Shown here: positions 27,161 through 39,749 of the stretch, piece after piece
Position numbering within the stretch: the stretch's first letter is position 1
Layout of the letters: every line of letters starts with the position of its first letter
From: Eledone cirrhosa
Lineage: Eukaryota
Length of the DNA: 64,000 nt
Assembly: GCA_964016885.1 (NCBI GenBank)
Contig: OZ024747.1
Location: 73,284,001-73,348,000 of the forward strand
Reading direction: 5' to 3'
The notes under the pieces: generated by a model
The model's input: only the letters and a program-made list of their open reading frames with translations
The model's database searches: none
Told to the model about the DNA's origin: nothing
Position numbers and translations under genes: made by a program

Positions 27161-29216
27161 AAGAGGGTGTTAAAGTTTCCTTGAAGCATTGTGAAATATG
27201 TAAAATATGTAGTTTAGAAAGCCACAACAATGCAGATGGGAAATCTCGAGGTAGGAAGTGAGTGAGAAATAGGAGAAAAGTGGAAAATGAGACAAAAAGG
27301 AAAACAAAACAAAGGTAGAAGGGTTACCGTAGTGGAGATTTAATCCCAATATTTCGGGCTCACGCACATCAACGGATATGCCTTCAGTCTTGATGTGGTC
27401 ACCCTTTATACCTCCGCACCAGCATCCCCAGCCGTCGACCTGTTAACCGAACGAGTCCCATCATCTAACTTACACTACTTCGGACTCACACACACGGACA
27501 TCCACCAACTCCTCTCCTTCGTTGTGGATAATGCATTCTTCAATTTCCTCGGCCACACGTACAAACAGATCTCTGGGCTACCTATGGGCTCTAGTCTGTC
27601 CGGCATACTTGCGATCTCGTACATGGACCACCTGGAACGCAAGGCACTCAACACCTGCCAACCCAACGCCGTCGCCTTCTACTCCAGATACGTTGATGAC
27701 ATACTGATACTCACTTCTTCCCGGGAGATGGCGAATGAAATTCACCAAATCTTTAACGACACTGACCATCACGTCGATTTCACCATCGAACACCCTGAAG
27801 AAGACGGGTCACTCGCCCTCCTCGACTTCCGTATCAACATCTCGGAAGAAGGAGACATAAACACCACCTTCTACCGCAAGGCAGCGTCCAAGGAATTATT
27901 TGTGCATTACAACTCAGCCCTCCCCAACAACGCTAAGAGAGGCTATGTCCTAAATGAACTTATACGGATCACTAATAGATGCAGCGACCCGATGGGTGGT
28001 CTCACCCATACCACGCAATTCCGTAATCTACTCAAGTCTAATGGATATCCCAAGCGACTGATTAACGGAATTAGAGACCCCAGACCCAATAGACAGACAC
28101 CCACTAGAAACTTAGATAAATACAAGTGCTTCTTTAAAATCCCTCACCTGAGTGAATATACCACGAACGCCATCCGCAGGGCCATACGGAGGGAGGGACT
28201 TGACATACATTTGGCCCACACAGGATCTTCGCTCCGAAGATGCCTCTCCACCAAACCCGACGAGTCAGATGGGACGTGTTCCCTCAGCAACTGCCCGATA
28301 CGGAGGGCAGATTGCCTACGCACCTATGTCGTATATAAGATTCAATGCGATAAATGTAACAAGTTTTACATAGGTAGCACCATCCGACCCCTACATGTTC
28401 GTATCAAGGAACATGTCAACACCAACGCATCTTCCTTCCGTAAACACATCCTTAAATGCGGAAACCCACAGGGCAGACCCTTGGTCACAGTCCTAGCGAC
28501 TAAACGCAGCATCGGATCCTTAAGGATAAAGAAAGCACTTGTTATTAAGAACCTCAGACCCCCACTTAACAACCGGGCTGAGAGAAATGAACTGGCATGG
28601 CTAATCTAACCATAGTGACCAGTAACAGCCCCTACGGCCTACTATCTTTCACACACACGCACTTATATGTATACCCATACACATACACACACACGCACAC
28701 ATGTTTATACAACCTACAACCTTTCACACCCTTTGAATTCCAGCTTTTACGGCCCACTATCTTTCACACACACACACTAACATACATACACACATACACA
28801 TATACACACACAGTTACACACACATATATATTTACACACACATATTTTACGGCTTTCACGCGCTAGCGCACCCTATTGATTTAACCCAATTGGTCAGTAG
28901 CTTTTGCCACAGCCTATCACGCGCACGCGCATTCTTTCCCTCGTTTGAATTTCCCCCCATAACGGCATTCCTATGTTTTAACGACAATACAACAACTTTC
29001 TCCGGCTTAGCCTGTTCCCCCCCCTTTTTGGAACTTTCCCCCCGTTGATGGGCGTGAGCCCGAAATATTGGGATTAAATCTCCACTACGGTAACCCTTCT
29101 ACCTTTGTTTTGTATTCCTTTTTGTCTCATTTTCCACTTTTCTCCTATTTCTCACTCACTTCCTACCTCGAGATTTCCCATCTGCATTGTTGTGGCTTTC
29201 TAAACTACATATTTTA
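27161..29216 (+). mobile_element. Penelope-like retroelement, 5'-truncated, with inverted 5' pseudo-LTR
   Basis: 27201-27375 is the reverse complement of 29042-29216 (about two differences), enclosing an RT + GIY-YIG ORF, with (TA)-rich tracts on both sides. Confidence 0.93.
27374..28609 (+). CDS. Penelope-like reverse transcriptase + GIY-YIG endonuclease, N-terminally truncated (likely non-functional)
   Basis: Open frame from GYAFSLDVVTLYTS (motif A), QISGLPMGSSLS (B), YSRYVDDILI (C), LLDFRI, FYRK...HYNSALP, then VVYKIQCDKCNKFYIGSTIRPLHVRIKEH...LNNR. The track start at 27395 is an internal GTG. Confidence 0.93.
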   Translation, partial: GYAFSLDVVTLYTSAPASPAVDLLTERVPSSNLHYFGLTHTDIHQLLSFVVDNAFFNFLGHTYKQISGLPMGSSLSGILAISYMDHLERKALNTCQPNAVAFYSRYVDDILILTSSREMANEIHQIFNDTDHHVDFTIEHPEEDGSLALLDFRINISEEGDINTTFYRKAASKELFVHYNSALPNNAKRGYVLNELIRITNRCSDPMGGLTHTTQFRNLLKSNGYPKRLINGIRDPRPNRQTPTRNLDKYKCFFKIPHLSEYTTNAIRRAIRREGLDIHLAHTGSSLRRCLSTKPDESDGTCSLSNCPIRRADCLRTYVVYKIQCDKCNKFYIGSTIRPLHVRIKEHVNTNASSFRKHILKCGNPQGRPLVTVLATKRSIGSLRIKKALVIKNLRPPLNNRAERNELAWLI

Positions 29217-29229
29217 GAATATATATATG

Positions 29230-29306
<77 letters not shown>

Positions 29307-29311
<5 letters not shown>

Positions 29312-30228
29312 ATATTTAGAAACACACAGATACATGCGGACACACACATATATACATGAATGCATCCGCACCCAACTGTGAGTTAAGGGTGCCAACTTCA
29401 CCGATGTTGCTCAATGAATGACCGGGACAGACCAATTCAGTTGAACTAGACTGAACCAGTATCAGAGTTAAAAATACATTATGAAGAGAGAAGAAACATT
29501 TAGATATAATTAGTAATAAAATGTATCATATTTAAACTGCTCCTAAATTCCTCGACTACGTAGTTTCGTGGCATAAACAAAAACAATATATCATAAAGAT
29601 ATAGAGTCCTTGCGAGGTCTGCCGACTTATCAAGAGGATACCTCATTTTACTAGTCTCAAGAACGCGTCTACACGACGTGAGAAAGAATCCCAAAAGGCG
29701 GAGGGGGAGATAGTCACGCGATATAACGGTCGAGAAACAGAGCTAAGCCTCTTATAACCTCGAAGAAAATACCACGGAGGCGGAGGGGGTATTTATATCG
29801 AGGCCGCAGAAGAGGTGGTGAAGAAGGCGAGAAGTATGAGTAATGGAAGCTTTCCAGCTGTCCCCACACTTCAAAGACTGCTCGACCAGAGGGAGTTATT
29901 AACAATATATTTAGAAACACACAGATACATGCGGACACACACATATATACATATAAGAGGCTTAGCTCTGTTTCTCGACCGTTATATCGCGTGACTATCT
30001 CCCCCTCCGCCTTTTGGGATTCTTTCTCACGTCGTGTAGACGCGTTCTTGAGACTAGTAAAATGAGGTATCCTCTTGATAAGTCGGAAGACCTCGCAAGG
30101 ACTCTATATCTTTATGATATATTGTTTTTGTTTATGCCACGAAACTACGTAGTCGAGGAATTTAGGAGCAGTTTAGGTATGATACATTTTATTACTAATT
30201 ATATCTAAATGTTTCTTCTCTCTTCATA

Positions 30229-30234
<6 letters not shown>
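29307..30234. mobile_element. ORF-less Penelope-type fold-back insert: 283-bp inverted repeat (29474-29756 / 29952-30234) plus 51-bp direct repeat (29307-29357 / 29902-29952)
   Basis: The arms differ at about three positions (hence near-identical ORFs 29500..29694 - and 30014..30208 +). Each arm holds a hammerhead-like motif; bounded by (TA)n. Confidence 0.85.
30070..30159 (+). ncRNA. Hammerhead ribozyme motif, U3-A8 core variant (mirror copy on minus strand ~29549-29638)
   Basis: TCCTC-TTGATAA-GTCGG(C/A)A...TGCCAC-GAAA-CTACGTAG-TC-GAGGA: 5-bp stem I, palindromic stem III, GUC site. Confidence 0.7.
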
Positions 30235-30296
<62 letters not shown>

Positions 30297-33095
30297 GTAC
30301 ATACATATATACATCCATATGTGTATATATATATATCTATGTTTAGATATTATGTATGTATAAATATATTGTATCTGCCAGTACAGATAATGACTGTTGC
30401 TTACATCTCCTGTGATCATACTTAGCTTTCTTGTCAGGGACTTATCTCCCCTTACCTCGTTAAGATGTTGATAACAATTTCTCACTATTTGTCATTTTCT
30501 TTCCTTGTTTTCATCTTTTTTCTTACTTTGCTGTATTGTTTCCTTTCTCTACCAATCGATGAAAAATGCAGCCCGTGAGGTCATGCACTGATTTTCTCTC
30601 CTGAAGGTTAAACTAATATTCCCAATTTTGACCATACTCCGTTGATACTTTGGGCCTCTCCTGTCAGTTCATTCAGTATGTATAACGCACACACGCATAT
30701 ACATACATATACGTATATACATATATATGTATATATATATATCCCATATATAGACAAGATATATATGCGCGCATGTGTTTGTGTGTGTATCTATTAGAAA
30801 CGTTTATAGACAGAAAGAAGCCAAACAATATTTCCGGTGTCACAATACCTATATCTGTTCTAAATAATTACATCAAAGAGGTCGAAAATAACCTTTAGTG
30901 TAAAGCATTTCCTGTGTCCAACATATCTAAAATATATCGATGTTATATCCGGTGTGTGTCCCTTTTGTAGATAGTAATAATTATTTATTTTTATATACAC
31001 GAATATAAGAATCCACTATTCTAACTCATACTTTATTTTATTTCGTGTCGGATACAAAGATAGTATTGGTTCTGAAGTTAATAGAATAATTATATCGCCA
31101 CAAGGACAACTTTAGATTGAGCAAGTATTTATCACTCTATTTTCTGAGATATTTACGTTTAAGATCAGTTCACCCTTTTATCATTAATTACACGTTTATA
31201 TTTTCACCAACATTTCTTTCAGGCTTTTCTGTATTTCCTTCTTAAAATCCATATTTGTTTCGAAATATTTATAGCATTATTTCCATATATATATATGCAT
31301 TATTGTTGTTTCAGCAAGGTATAACCTTGATTAACATATCCATGATCAAAATAAGAGATATGACCTTCCCAACATATTAAAAATACATTAACAAATGTCT
31401 CGTTCCTTTAAAATGGAGCCTTGAGCTATAAGTGGCAACTGTGAAAACACTCCTGTTGTCACTACTGGATCATTATATCATTTTAGTAGAACCGAGGACT
31501 ATGGTAATCAATTTGTATTTTCTTGTGCATACGGTAGGCTGTGATTTAAGGGGCATTTAGTTACTATTTCTAGCATGCCTAGAATGCAGTATGATAATTT
31601 CGTTACGAATAAATACAGCATAGAGCATTATAAACTGTTGAATTGTAATTGTATTGCAGTGGGCCACGATTTTCTATGTTTTAGACAGTATTCACAGTTG
31701 CCGTTCACAGCTCGAAAAATACAAAATATTTAGTGTAAGATCTTTTCATTTGTACATACGAAACATATGTGTTCAACACTCTTCACTGTTCAGCTACGAA
31801 AATAAAGCAATATTAACACTACTGAACTAATTTATAAAGCTCATATTAAACATATCGGGTCAACTTTCATCTTATGGCATCATTACTATATTATTGAATA
31901 GACTGGCGTGTATGTACTTTAAGGAAAGACGATTACGATATAGCCACATTACCCCCGTTAGATGCCAGACGATAGTTGAAAACATTATGCAAATGGATCG
32001 AATGGAATAACTTATAATATTAGAATAATAAACACACATTCTGCTTGTAAAACATATAGTTACCTGGACTTAATGTTATGAATCATAATTACCAGCCATC
32101 TGATACATCTCCACTGCATTCGACTTTCGACTAATTTGGATTTCGGAATAGTTTTCTTGACCAGACCTAATAATTATGTCTAATGATCTTTTTTCTCAAT
32201 TCTGAACATGTTGTTATCTTGTGAGGATGGGTGGGGTGGTATCTTACTACGTTAAGAATGTTAACACTGTCCCACTTAACATGACATATCATGATCCAAT
32301 AAAAATATGTTATGTACAGTCATAGTTATCTAGACATTTAGTTTGCTTTAGTCACAACCTCCAAATCAAGGCTGGAACACCGCTCTTACCCAATTTATAA
32401 TGTTTCCCACAGGGAAAATATTATCTTTGCACTATTCTAAGAATCATATCAGGATTAGATAAATAATGAGATACACATGAGAAACGAGTGGGTAGATCTG
32501 TATCATGAAATTATGGTTATTTATTAATCAATGGAGCTAGGAACACATAACAGATTAATGCTTGCTTGAAGGCTTCAATGTTCTCACTGATCAAGGCAAA
32601 TGATTTTTTTATCGAGACGTGAGGAGAGGGGATTTAATGATTTCCTATACGATCTGATTTATTGATTACTGTCGCACAGTGGTTTGCTACCGGTAGCAGT
32701 AGTTGTGAGTTTAGTAATGGAATATTACTCCAATATAGAGGTGTTGGTAGTAATAGTGTGGTTTGGGTAGTAGTAACGACTATGAAAGTAGTGAGAGATC
32801 TACGATAGATGCAGTGGTAGTAGCAGTTTCAATGGTGGTAGCAGTAATTGTGTTGTAACGGAGTTGATACTGGTGTTGGGAAGAGTGATAACAGTGTGAT
32901 AAATTTGGTTATTGGGATACAGGCGGTTGGGAGAATGGCTACAGATACTCTGGTAACAATGACAGTACTGTTGTTGGCATCATAAGCATCATCTGGCATT
33001 AGCTTGATATTGTGACTATTATCCAGCATATTACAATAAGTGTGGAGTGTCGTACACATTGCTTCGCGCCATAGAGTTACATCCATTTACGTACT

Positions 33096-33218
33096 GAGTT
33101 AGCTTTTCCTTTCATCCTTACGGAGTCGATAATATAAAGTACCAGTAATGCACTGTGGCCGGTTTAATCGACATACACCCCTACATTGTTGGCCTTGTCC
33201 TAAATCAGAAACCATTAT
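33096..33218 (+). mobile_element. SINE family A, 3' half
   Basis: TTTCATCCTTACGGAGTCGATAATATAAAGTACCAGTA...GGCCTTGTCCTAAATCAGAAAC. Confidence 0.75.
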
Positions 33219-34317
33219 TACTGTTTAGTCCCAGCTTAACTCTGATCTAGTGGATCTATGATTAAAGGCGTTCCATTCGTGGTCTTCACAACTTTTACTT
33301 CGGCCCAGTACACTAGAACCACATTATCCAATGTCGTTCAATGAATGTTATAACAGTGATCGTACAAAGCCAACAGTATTCTGATATTCGCTGTGGGTTC
33401 TATACTTCTCATGTGGTCGTTGGTGGCATTTGATGTTGCCGGAATGACGAGAACAATGGATTAGTTAGGAACTATATTTAATCTATTTATTTGTGTCAGG
33501 TCTCTAGGAAATCGATGTAGTTTTGAAGTAACTGTACAGATATATCTCAAGCAAAGTTGAAGAAAATAACTGGTGTTATCTGATTATAAGACAGAGTGTA
33601 CGTATTGTGAAAATGTCGAAGTGTTCAGATATTTATTAAGAAGGGTGCGTGCAAAATTCCAGTTGGTGGAAAAGTATATTTTAGATGTTTTATTTTAGGT
33701 AGAGAAATATCTCGCTATTCATCATTTGGTGTTGGCTTAAAGTGATATCTACGACTTTGTTTCTAGGAAATGGGAATTGAGTAAAAACAAATCATTATTA
33801 ATAACGGTATATAGATAAAATGATACATTTTGGCTTTTGTCGAAGCCATTAATGTTCGCAATAACAGCCTTACTCTGTTTACCAAATACATCTGAAAAGG
33901 TAAAACACTTTAACGAATATTGGCATTGTATTTCTACTTTCTCCATTACCCCCATTAGTTATACCTACAACAGCAACCAACAAGATTACAACATGTCCTG
34001 TCACCACCACCACCACCATCACCACCACCTCTATCACTATCAACGAACACCTGCATTATATACATCGCCACTAAACGGTTTAAAATGTCATGGTTGGTTT
34101 AGTTATGTTTCTGCCAGCGGCTGGTACCATTTAATCCAGAACAACCCGCTTCATTGTTGAATGGTCGGCGACTAAACTGACTTCCCCACCAGACCCTGGT
34201 CTGGCGAGAGTAGAGGGTAAGTGGAACTCCAGCAGCACAGAAAACAAGCGGTGTCAAAATGGCGGATGTACTCAGAATCAATGGCCATCCCTTCCATCTA
34301 TGGGTTAAATAAACTTA

Positions 34318-34440
34318 CCAATCGACTACATCGACTCCAGCGCGTTACAGGTAATTTATTATTATGGAACCAATAAGAATGAAAGGCAAAGTTAACTTCT
34401 GCGGGACTTGAGCTCAGAACGTAAAGGGCCGTAACAAAAA
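34318..34440 (-). mobile_element. SINE family A (diverged)
   Basis: ATGAAAGGCAAAGTTAACTTCTGCGGGACTTGAGCTCAGAACGTAAAG. Confidence 0.7.
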
Positions 34441-35396
34441 ATACTGGAAGAGAAGAATGCTTTAAACCAAGTGTAAAGCGCGCTTTAATATAATGTAGAA
34501 AAAATGAGAAAAATACAAACGTTGTCGCTTGTTTTGAGGCTATATTAAAGTTGTTACATGTACTTCGTAGTGTTACCTACTTTTACTCTTATATTAATAT
34601 TAATAAATACAGACCTTTATGGTATGGAGACTACTTTATCGAGCTTTCATTCCTGGATGATCTGATGAGAATCACACCTAAATAAGCTGATGTAACTAGA
34701 AACATTCTATAGTTTGAAGGTTGGGAAATCGATTTAGCCGTTACGAATATGAAAGGATATGGAGCAAGGGTCTGACTAAATGTCAGACTGAAGTATATAT
34801 CACATACAGCGCGACTAAAGGTCAGATTTGAGTAAAATGACTTAACATATTTTCTGATGAGCTTGTTTAAAGAGTAACATGGACATTATTATTGAGGGTT
34901 ATGTTTGGTAGAAAGTAAATCAGGTTGAATTATGAAGAAAAACATTAATTATAATGGATGAAAAGATTGAATGTGCTGATATAAAGAATAGACTGAATGT
35001 GGTGGCTGAGTTATACAACAGAGGAGAAAAAGCATATCGATAATTGCAAATGCAAACTGAAGTGAAAATGATAACAAATCTCATGTTTAATGATCCCATT
35101 TTTAATTGATATGATAAAACATTTTCATATTATTTTATTGAATAATATTTTTAGTGGATTCTATCATTGGGTGGCAGCTTTGCAGGCGCACCAATTTGAT
35201 GCGTTTAATCAATCGCATCAAACCCAGTTCTTATTTATGAGGCTGGTAATTATATTGTCAATTTTTATTCACTGAACTACTGAGTTACAGAACACAAAGG
35301 TAACCAACACTGTTGTTAGTACGATGATAGCCTTTTTAAAACACAAAGGTACCTAATAAATAAAGCAAAGACATATAGTTGTTAGGACAGAGTAGT

Positions 35397-35483
35397 GTAG
35401 TTAATACGAAGTATTGTGGGATATGTAGTTAACATGAAGTATTGTGGGATATGTAGTTAATATGAAGTATTGTGAGATATGTA
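35397..35483. repeat. 28-bp tandem repeat, 3 copies
   Basis: GTAGTTAATATGAAGTATTGTGGGATAT x3 with minor variation. Confidence 0.85.
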
Positions 35484-35497
35484 AGACAGATACATTT

Positions 35498-35848
35498 CTT
35501 TAAAGCCAGGAAAATTCGGTAAAAATACGAAGGAGAGATGACAACAAATGAAACGAAACAAAATAAAGTAATGTTAAACCTAATGTTTTTAGCATGATAT
35601 TTCAGTGTTATTATCCTCTTTTAGCATGATATTCCAGGGCTATTGCCCTCTTTCCCTAAGAAAGGGAAGAAAACCTCCGATCACTGGTTTCGTTTTGTTT
35701 TGTCTTGGACCATTTCAGCCCTGTATCTGAAATGAGGGCAGTAGCCCTGAAATATGCTAAAAAATATTGGGTAAAACATTAGGTTTTTTTGTTTTATTTG
35801 TCATCATTTGCCCTTCGTAATTTTCTATCACATTGTACTGGCTTTAAA
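35498..35848. repeat. Old diverged ~150-bp inverted repeat with decayed hammerhead-like motif
   Basis: TTTAAAGCCAG..TACGAAGG..ATGACAA..TAATGTT..TAGCAT..CAGGGCTATTGCCCTC mirrored by GAGGGCAGTAGCCCTG..ATGCTA..AACATTA..TTGTCAT..CCTTCGTA..CTGGCTTTAAA. Confidence 0.65.
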
Positions 35849-38778
35849 AACTTAATCTGTCTCGTACTAAATCGATTTTAAGCATTGCATAAATATTTTT
35901 CTGGAAGAATTTACGAAAAATATTAAAGAAATAATTAAAACAACACATAAATTCATTAACTTCTTTTCAATGTTTGGCTATATTCCCTTGGCGTATATAA
36001 TTATTAATAAATTCTTACTAAAATCATTGTAAGTTATTGATAGTATGGATGAAGCATATTTGAGACAATGGAGATGTTTATGTTTCTCTAGTGAGAGGAC
36101 GTTGTTGCACAAGTCATGTGACAATGCAGGTTGAAAGAGAGCATTTTTGTCGAACAAATACTATCATGTCATCATGGTGAGTGGAATTCATTGAATGTTA
36201 TCTGAAATATGTAGCTAATGCTACTAAGAAACTAAGCATCAAATGTGAGTAAAAGATATATAGACTGTTTCTGAAAATTCAGGGAATCTACATCCCCCGA
36301 TTTTAAGAAATCCCGCAAATTGAAACTGGATTTACGAGTCTTTTTCTGTAAACATACATACGATGTCAGAATCTTCTTCTGAGGATGCTGCCTTGGGCAT
36401 CTCTTATAACATAAATCATGAGCTTACTTGTTACATCATATTCACCGGACCACATTTACCAAATTTATTATTATTCTTGAAGAAATAATTGAAAAAATAA
36501 TACAATTCTTCAAACTGAAAACTTGTAATTATTTTTAGAAAGGTGAAAATACTGAACTTAATATCTTTCTAACACTTTTCAATATTAATTTTCTACCCCA
36601 TCCCATGACAGTTACTTTAAACCTTATGACTGCAGCTAATACCAGTGGAAGTAAGAAATTGTATGAAGATAGTTTCGATAGAAATGATAAAATATCTCAT
36701 ATGTGATAATATTTATGAACAGAAAAACAACAATTTACAAAGAAAAACACCCAGGCTATTTATAAAATCATTGGACATTGCACGACAATTCCTCGGGAAA
36801 AAAAAAAAAAAATTACAATAAATGTAAAATAATGAAATAAAATAATATATGAATCTCTTTGAAAGTTTTCCCTGTAATTTCGCCTGTTTTATGAATTGCA
36901 GTTTATAGTATTAATAATAAAAATTTGATTTTGTCACGTTTACAAAATCTTTTAAGCATTTTAATCGTGTCTCTTTGAGTTGAAGAAATATTGCTAGAAA
37001 GAAGAAAAAAGAGATATAAGAAGAAAGAAGGAAAGCACAAGAAAAAAAGTTATAGATCTAGAAAAATTTAAATGTCTCAAGACAAAATTTGGGGGATGCT
37101 TCTCTTGACAAATAATATTAAATATTATTGTATCTTTCTGTTTTTTTTAAAATTTATTATTTCAGACATTTATCATTGGTTCTTGTTGAATTTGTTTATT
37201 AGACATTTTATTTCTTCTTTACTTCCTTTATAATATCGCAAAAGAAATATTTTCCAGAATCGACAAATGTTTGTCGATTTTAACCAAAGAATCTTTCATT
37301 GGGAGATTGTTTATATAAAATAGGGAAATAACATATTCTTAAGGGGAATTTTTTCCTTCTTTGACGAATGGAGTTTGAAATCATTTATAAAACGAAAACT
37401 AAATATAAGGAAACAATGTAGATATGTTCACATTCCTATGGCATCAAGCTGGGGAATTTGTTTACAAAAAATACAAGAAGTTTGCAACTAAAAGGGTAAA
37501 ACAGGAAAAGCCTATATATATAAAAAAAAGTTGAGTTTTCTTTATATTTGTCATCCGATAGATTATCTTCTATGGAATTTGAAATCGATTTTCATATGTA
37601 TTTGTTTGCCGTTAAAGTACATGTGTATTTACAAATGTGTTTCTGGATGTAACTGTTTATATAGTGACTGTTTCGCATGTGTATGTGCATATATATATTG
37701 CTTTGGGTGCACCTAGTTTATATATAGGGTTGCTGAAACAGCAAACGCCGTAAAGTACTCAACTGCAAATCGAACAGAATTAGAAAACTGCAGATGGCTT
37801 CTGTTGAATTTCCAACTAATCCCTATCCAAGCAGTATTTTTACAACCATAGCTGATATATTACTTTGCCAGTGTTAATAATCCTGGAAATCTGTGTATCG
37901 AAGATAGTAAAAGACAACATTCAATGCCATAAAAACATTGAACAAATGTAAAAAGTAATAACGACAAAATAAACAAGAAACCGCTTGAGAAATAGAAGCA
38001 CAATCCAAATACGGTATGGGGCTTCAGTATAATCATAGATGAAGTGCTTCCGAAATAAAGTATGATAAATAAAAAGGAGAAATCGAATATTTTGAATGTG
38101 GAAATATTTCGATTTGCGAGAGGACAAATACCTGGAGGCATTGAAATGTGTCGAAAAAGCAACTATTGTAGATATTTTCATGTTTGTTAACTTTTAAGCA
38201 TATATACATTTCATATAATAAATCCTCCTTATGGGTTGGGTAAATTTATTTTGTCATTACTAAAATAATTGGTAACACATGGATCATAGAATAACATTTA
38301 TTTGAGTATTAATATCATATTATATTCGAGTAATTTGTAGCTTTGTCACTGCTTTATATTTTAGGCTGAGGCGGTAGCTAGCCACCATATTTCATTCACG
38401 ATGTCACAGAGGAAATAATTGATAATTTCATTAAGTTAATTTCAGCAGTGGATTGATTTTACTTTTGATAAGAATTTCCTTAATAGCAGATAGGTACAGA
38501 AAGGATACAGGTTTGAAATAATAACGAGAGGTGCGAAAGAAGAGAGTGCCTAAGTATAAGAAGAAGTGAGATTGGATTAGCACGTCTAGAAAAATAATCC
38601 AAGTATTCATGTGAAGAAAACGATAACAAAAGGATAACCTGAATATGTAACGGTTTTCCCACCAAATGGATAATTATGTTTCCAAATACAGTTCAGTAAG
38701 TAGAGGCGTTTGGATACCATCATGGTAGATGTGAAAAGTACTCCAGCACAAGGCAGAATGAATTTTGATTTGTAGCAA

Positions 38779-38908
38779 TGATGGTGGTGGTTGTGTTGGT
38801 GGTGGTTGTGTTGGTAGTGGTTGTGTTGGTAGTAGATGTGTTGGTGGTGGTTGTGTTGGTGGTGGTTGTGTTGGTAGTGGTTGTGTTGGTAGTAGATGTG
38901 TTGGTGGC
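38779..38908. repeat. 15-bp/60-bp GT-rich tandem repeat
   Basis: TGTTGGTGGTGGTTG variants arranged as a duplicated 60-mer. Confidence 0.85.
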
Positions 38909-39274
38909 TGTTGTCTAGATCATTAACAAAATATTTTTGCAATTATTTTTTAATAAATAATAGGGTTTTTATATTTTGAAATGATCTAGTGACTTTTGGA
39001 CCACTCTGCATAGAGGAACTGGAAGATAGAGAGGAAGCGATTTGAACTCAGAATGCAGGGAGCATATAATTCGAGGTATTAAAGATTTTGCCAATTTACT
39101 TTCATAAGTAAAACATAAGGCATGTGTCTATGGGTGTTATCAATATACATGAAATGGCTTCAAACCAGCCATTACTGGCATCATAAAATATTGAAAATCC
39201 ATCTTCTACGCTACGAATCAGATATTCATTTACCAATTTCTTACATTACAACTATGTCAATTTACAGTCAACAT

Positions 39275-39705
<431 letters not shown>

Positions 39706-39716
39706 TCACTCTCCAC

Positions 39717-39749
<33 letters not shown>

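Noticed and set aside
29500-30208. Two near-identical 64-aa ORFs as a duplicated small gene
   Set aside because: They are a by-product of the inverted repeat, use non-ATG starts and show no recognisable domain.
36356-36410. Minus-strand mini-exon MPKAASSEEDSDI followed by GTATGT
   Set aside because: Weak acceptor, no partner exons, no homology recognised.
38945-39010. Possible Tc1-type TIR end (CAGAGTGGTCCAAAAGTCAC on the minus strand)
   Set aside because: No matching second TIR or transposase sequence found in the window.
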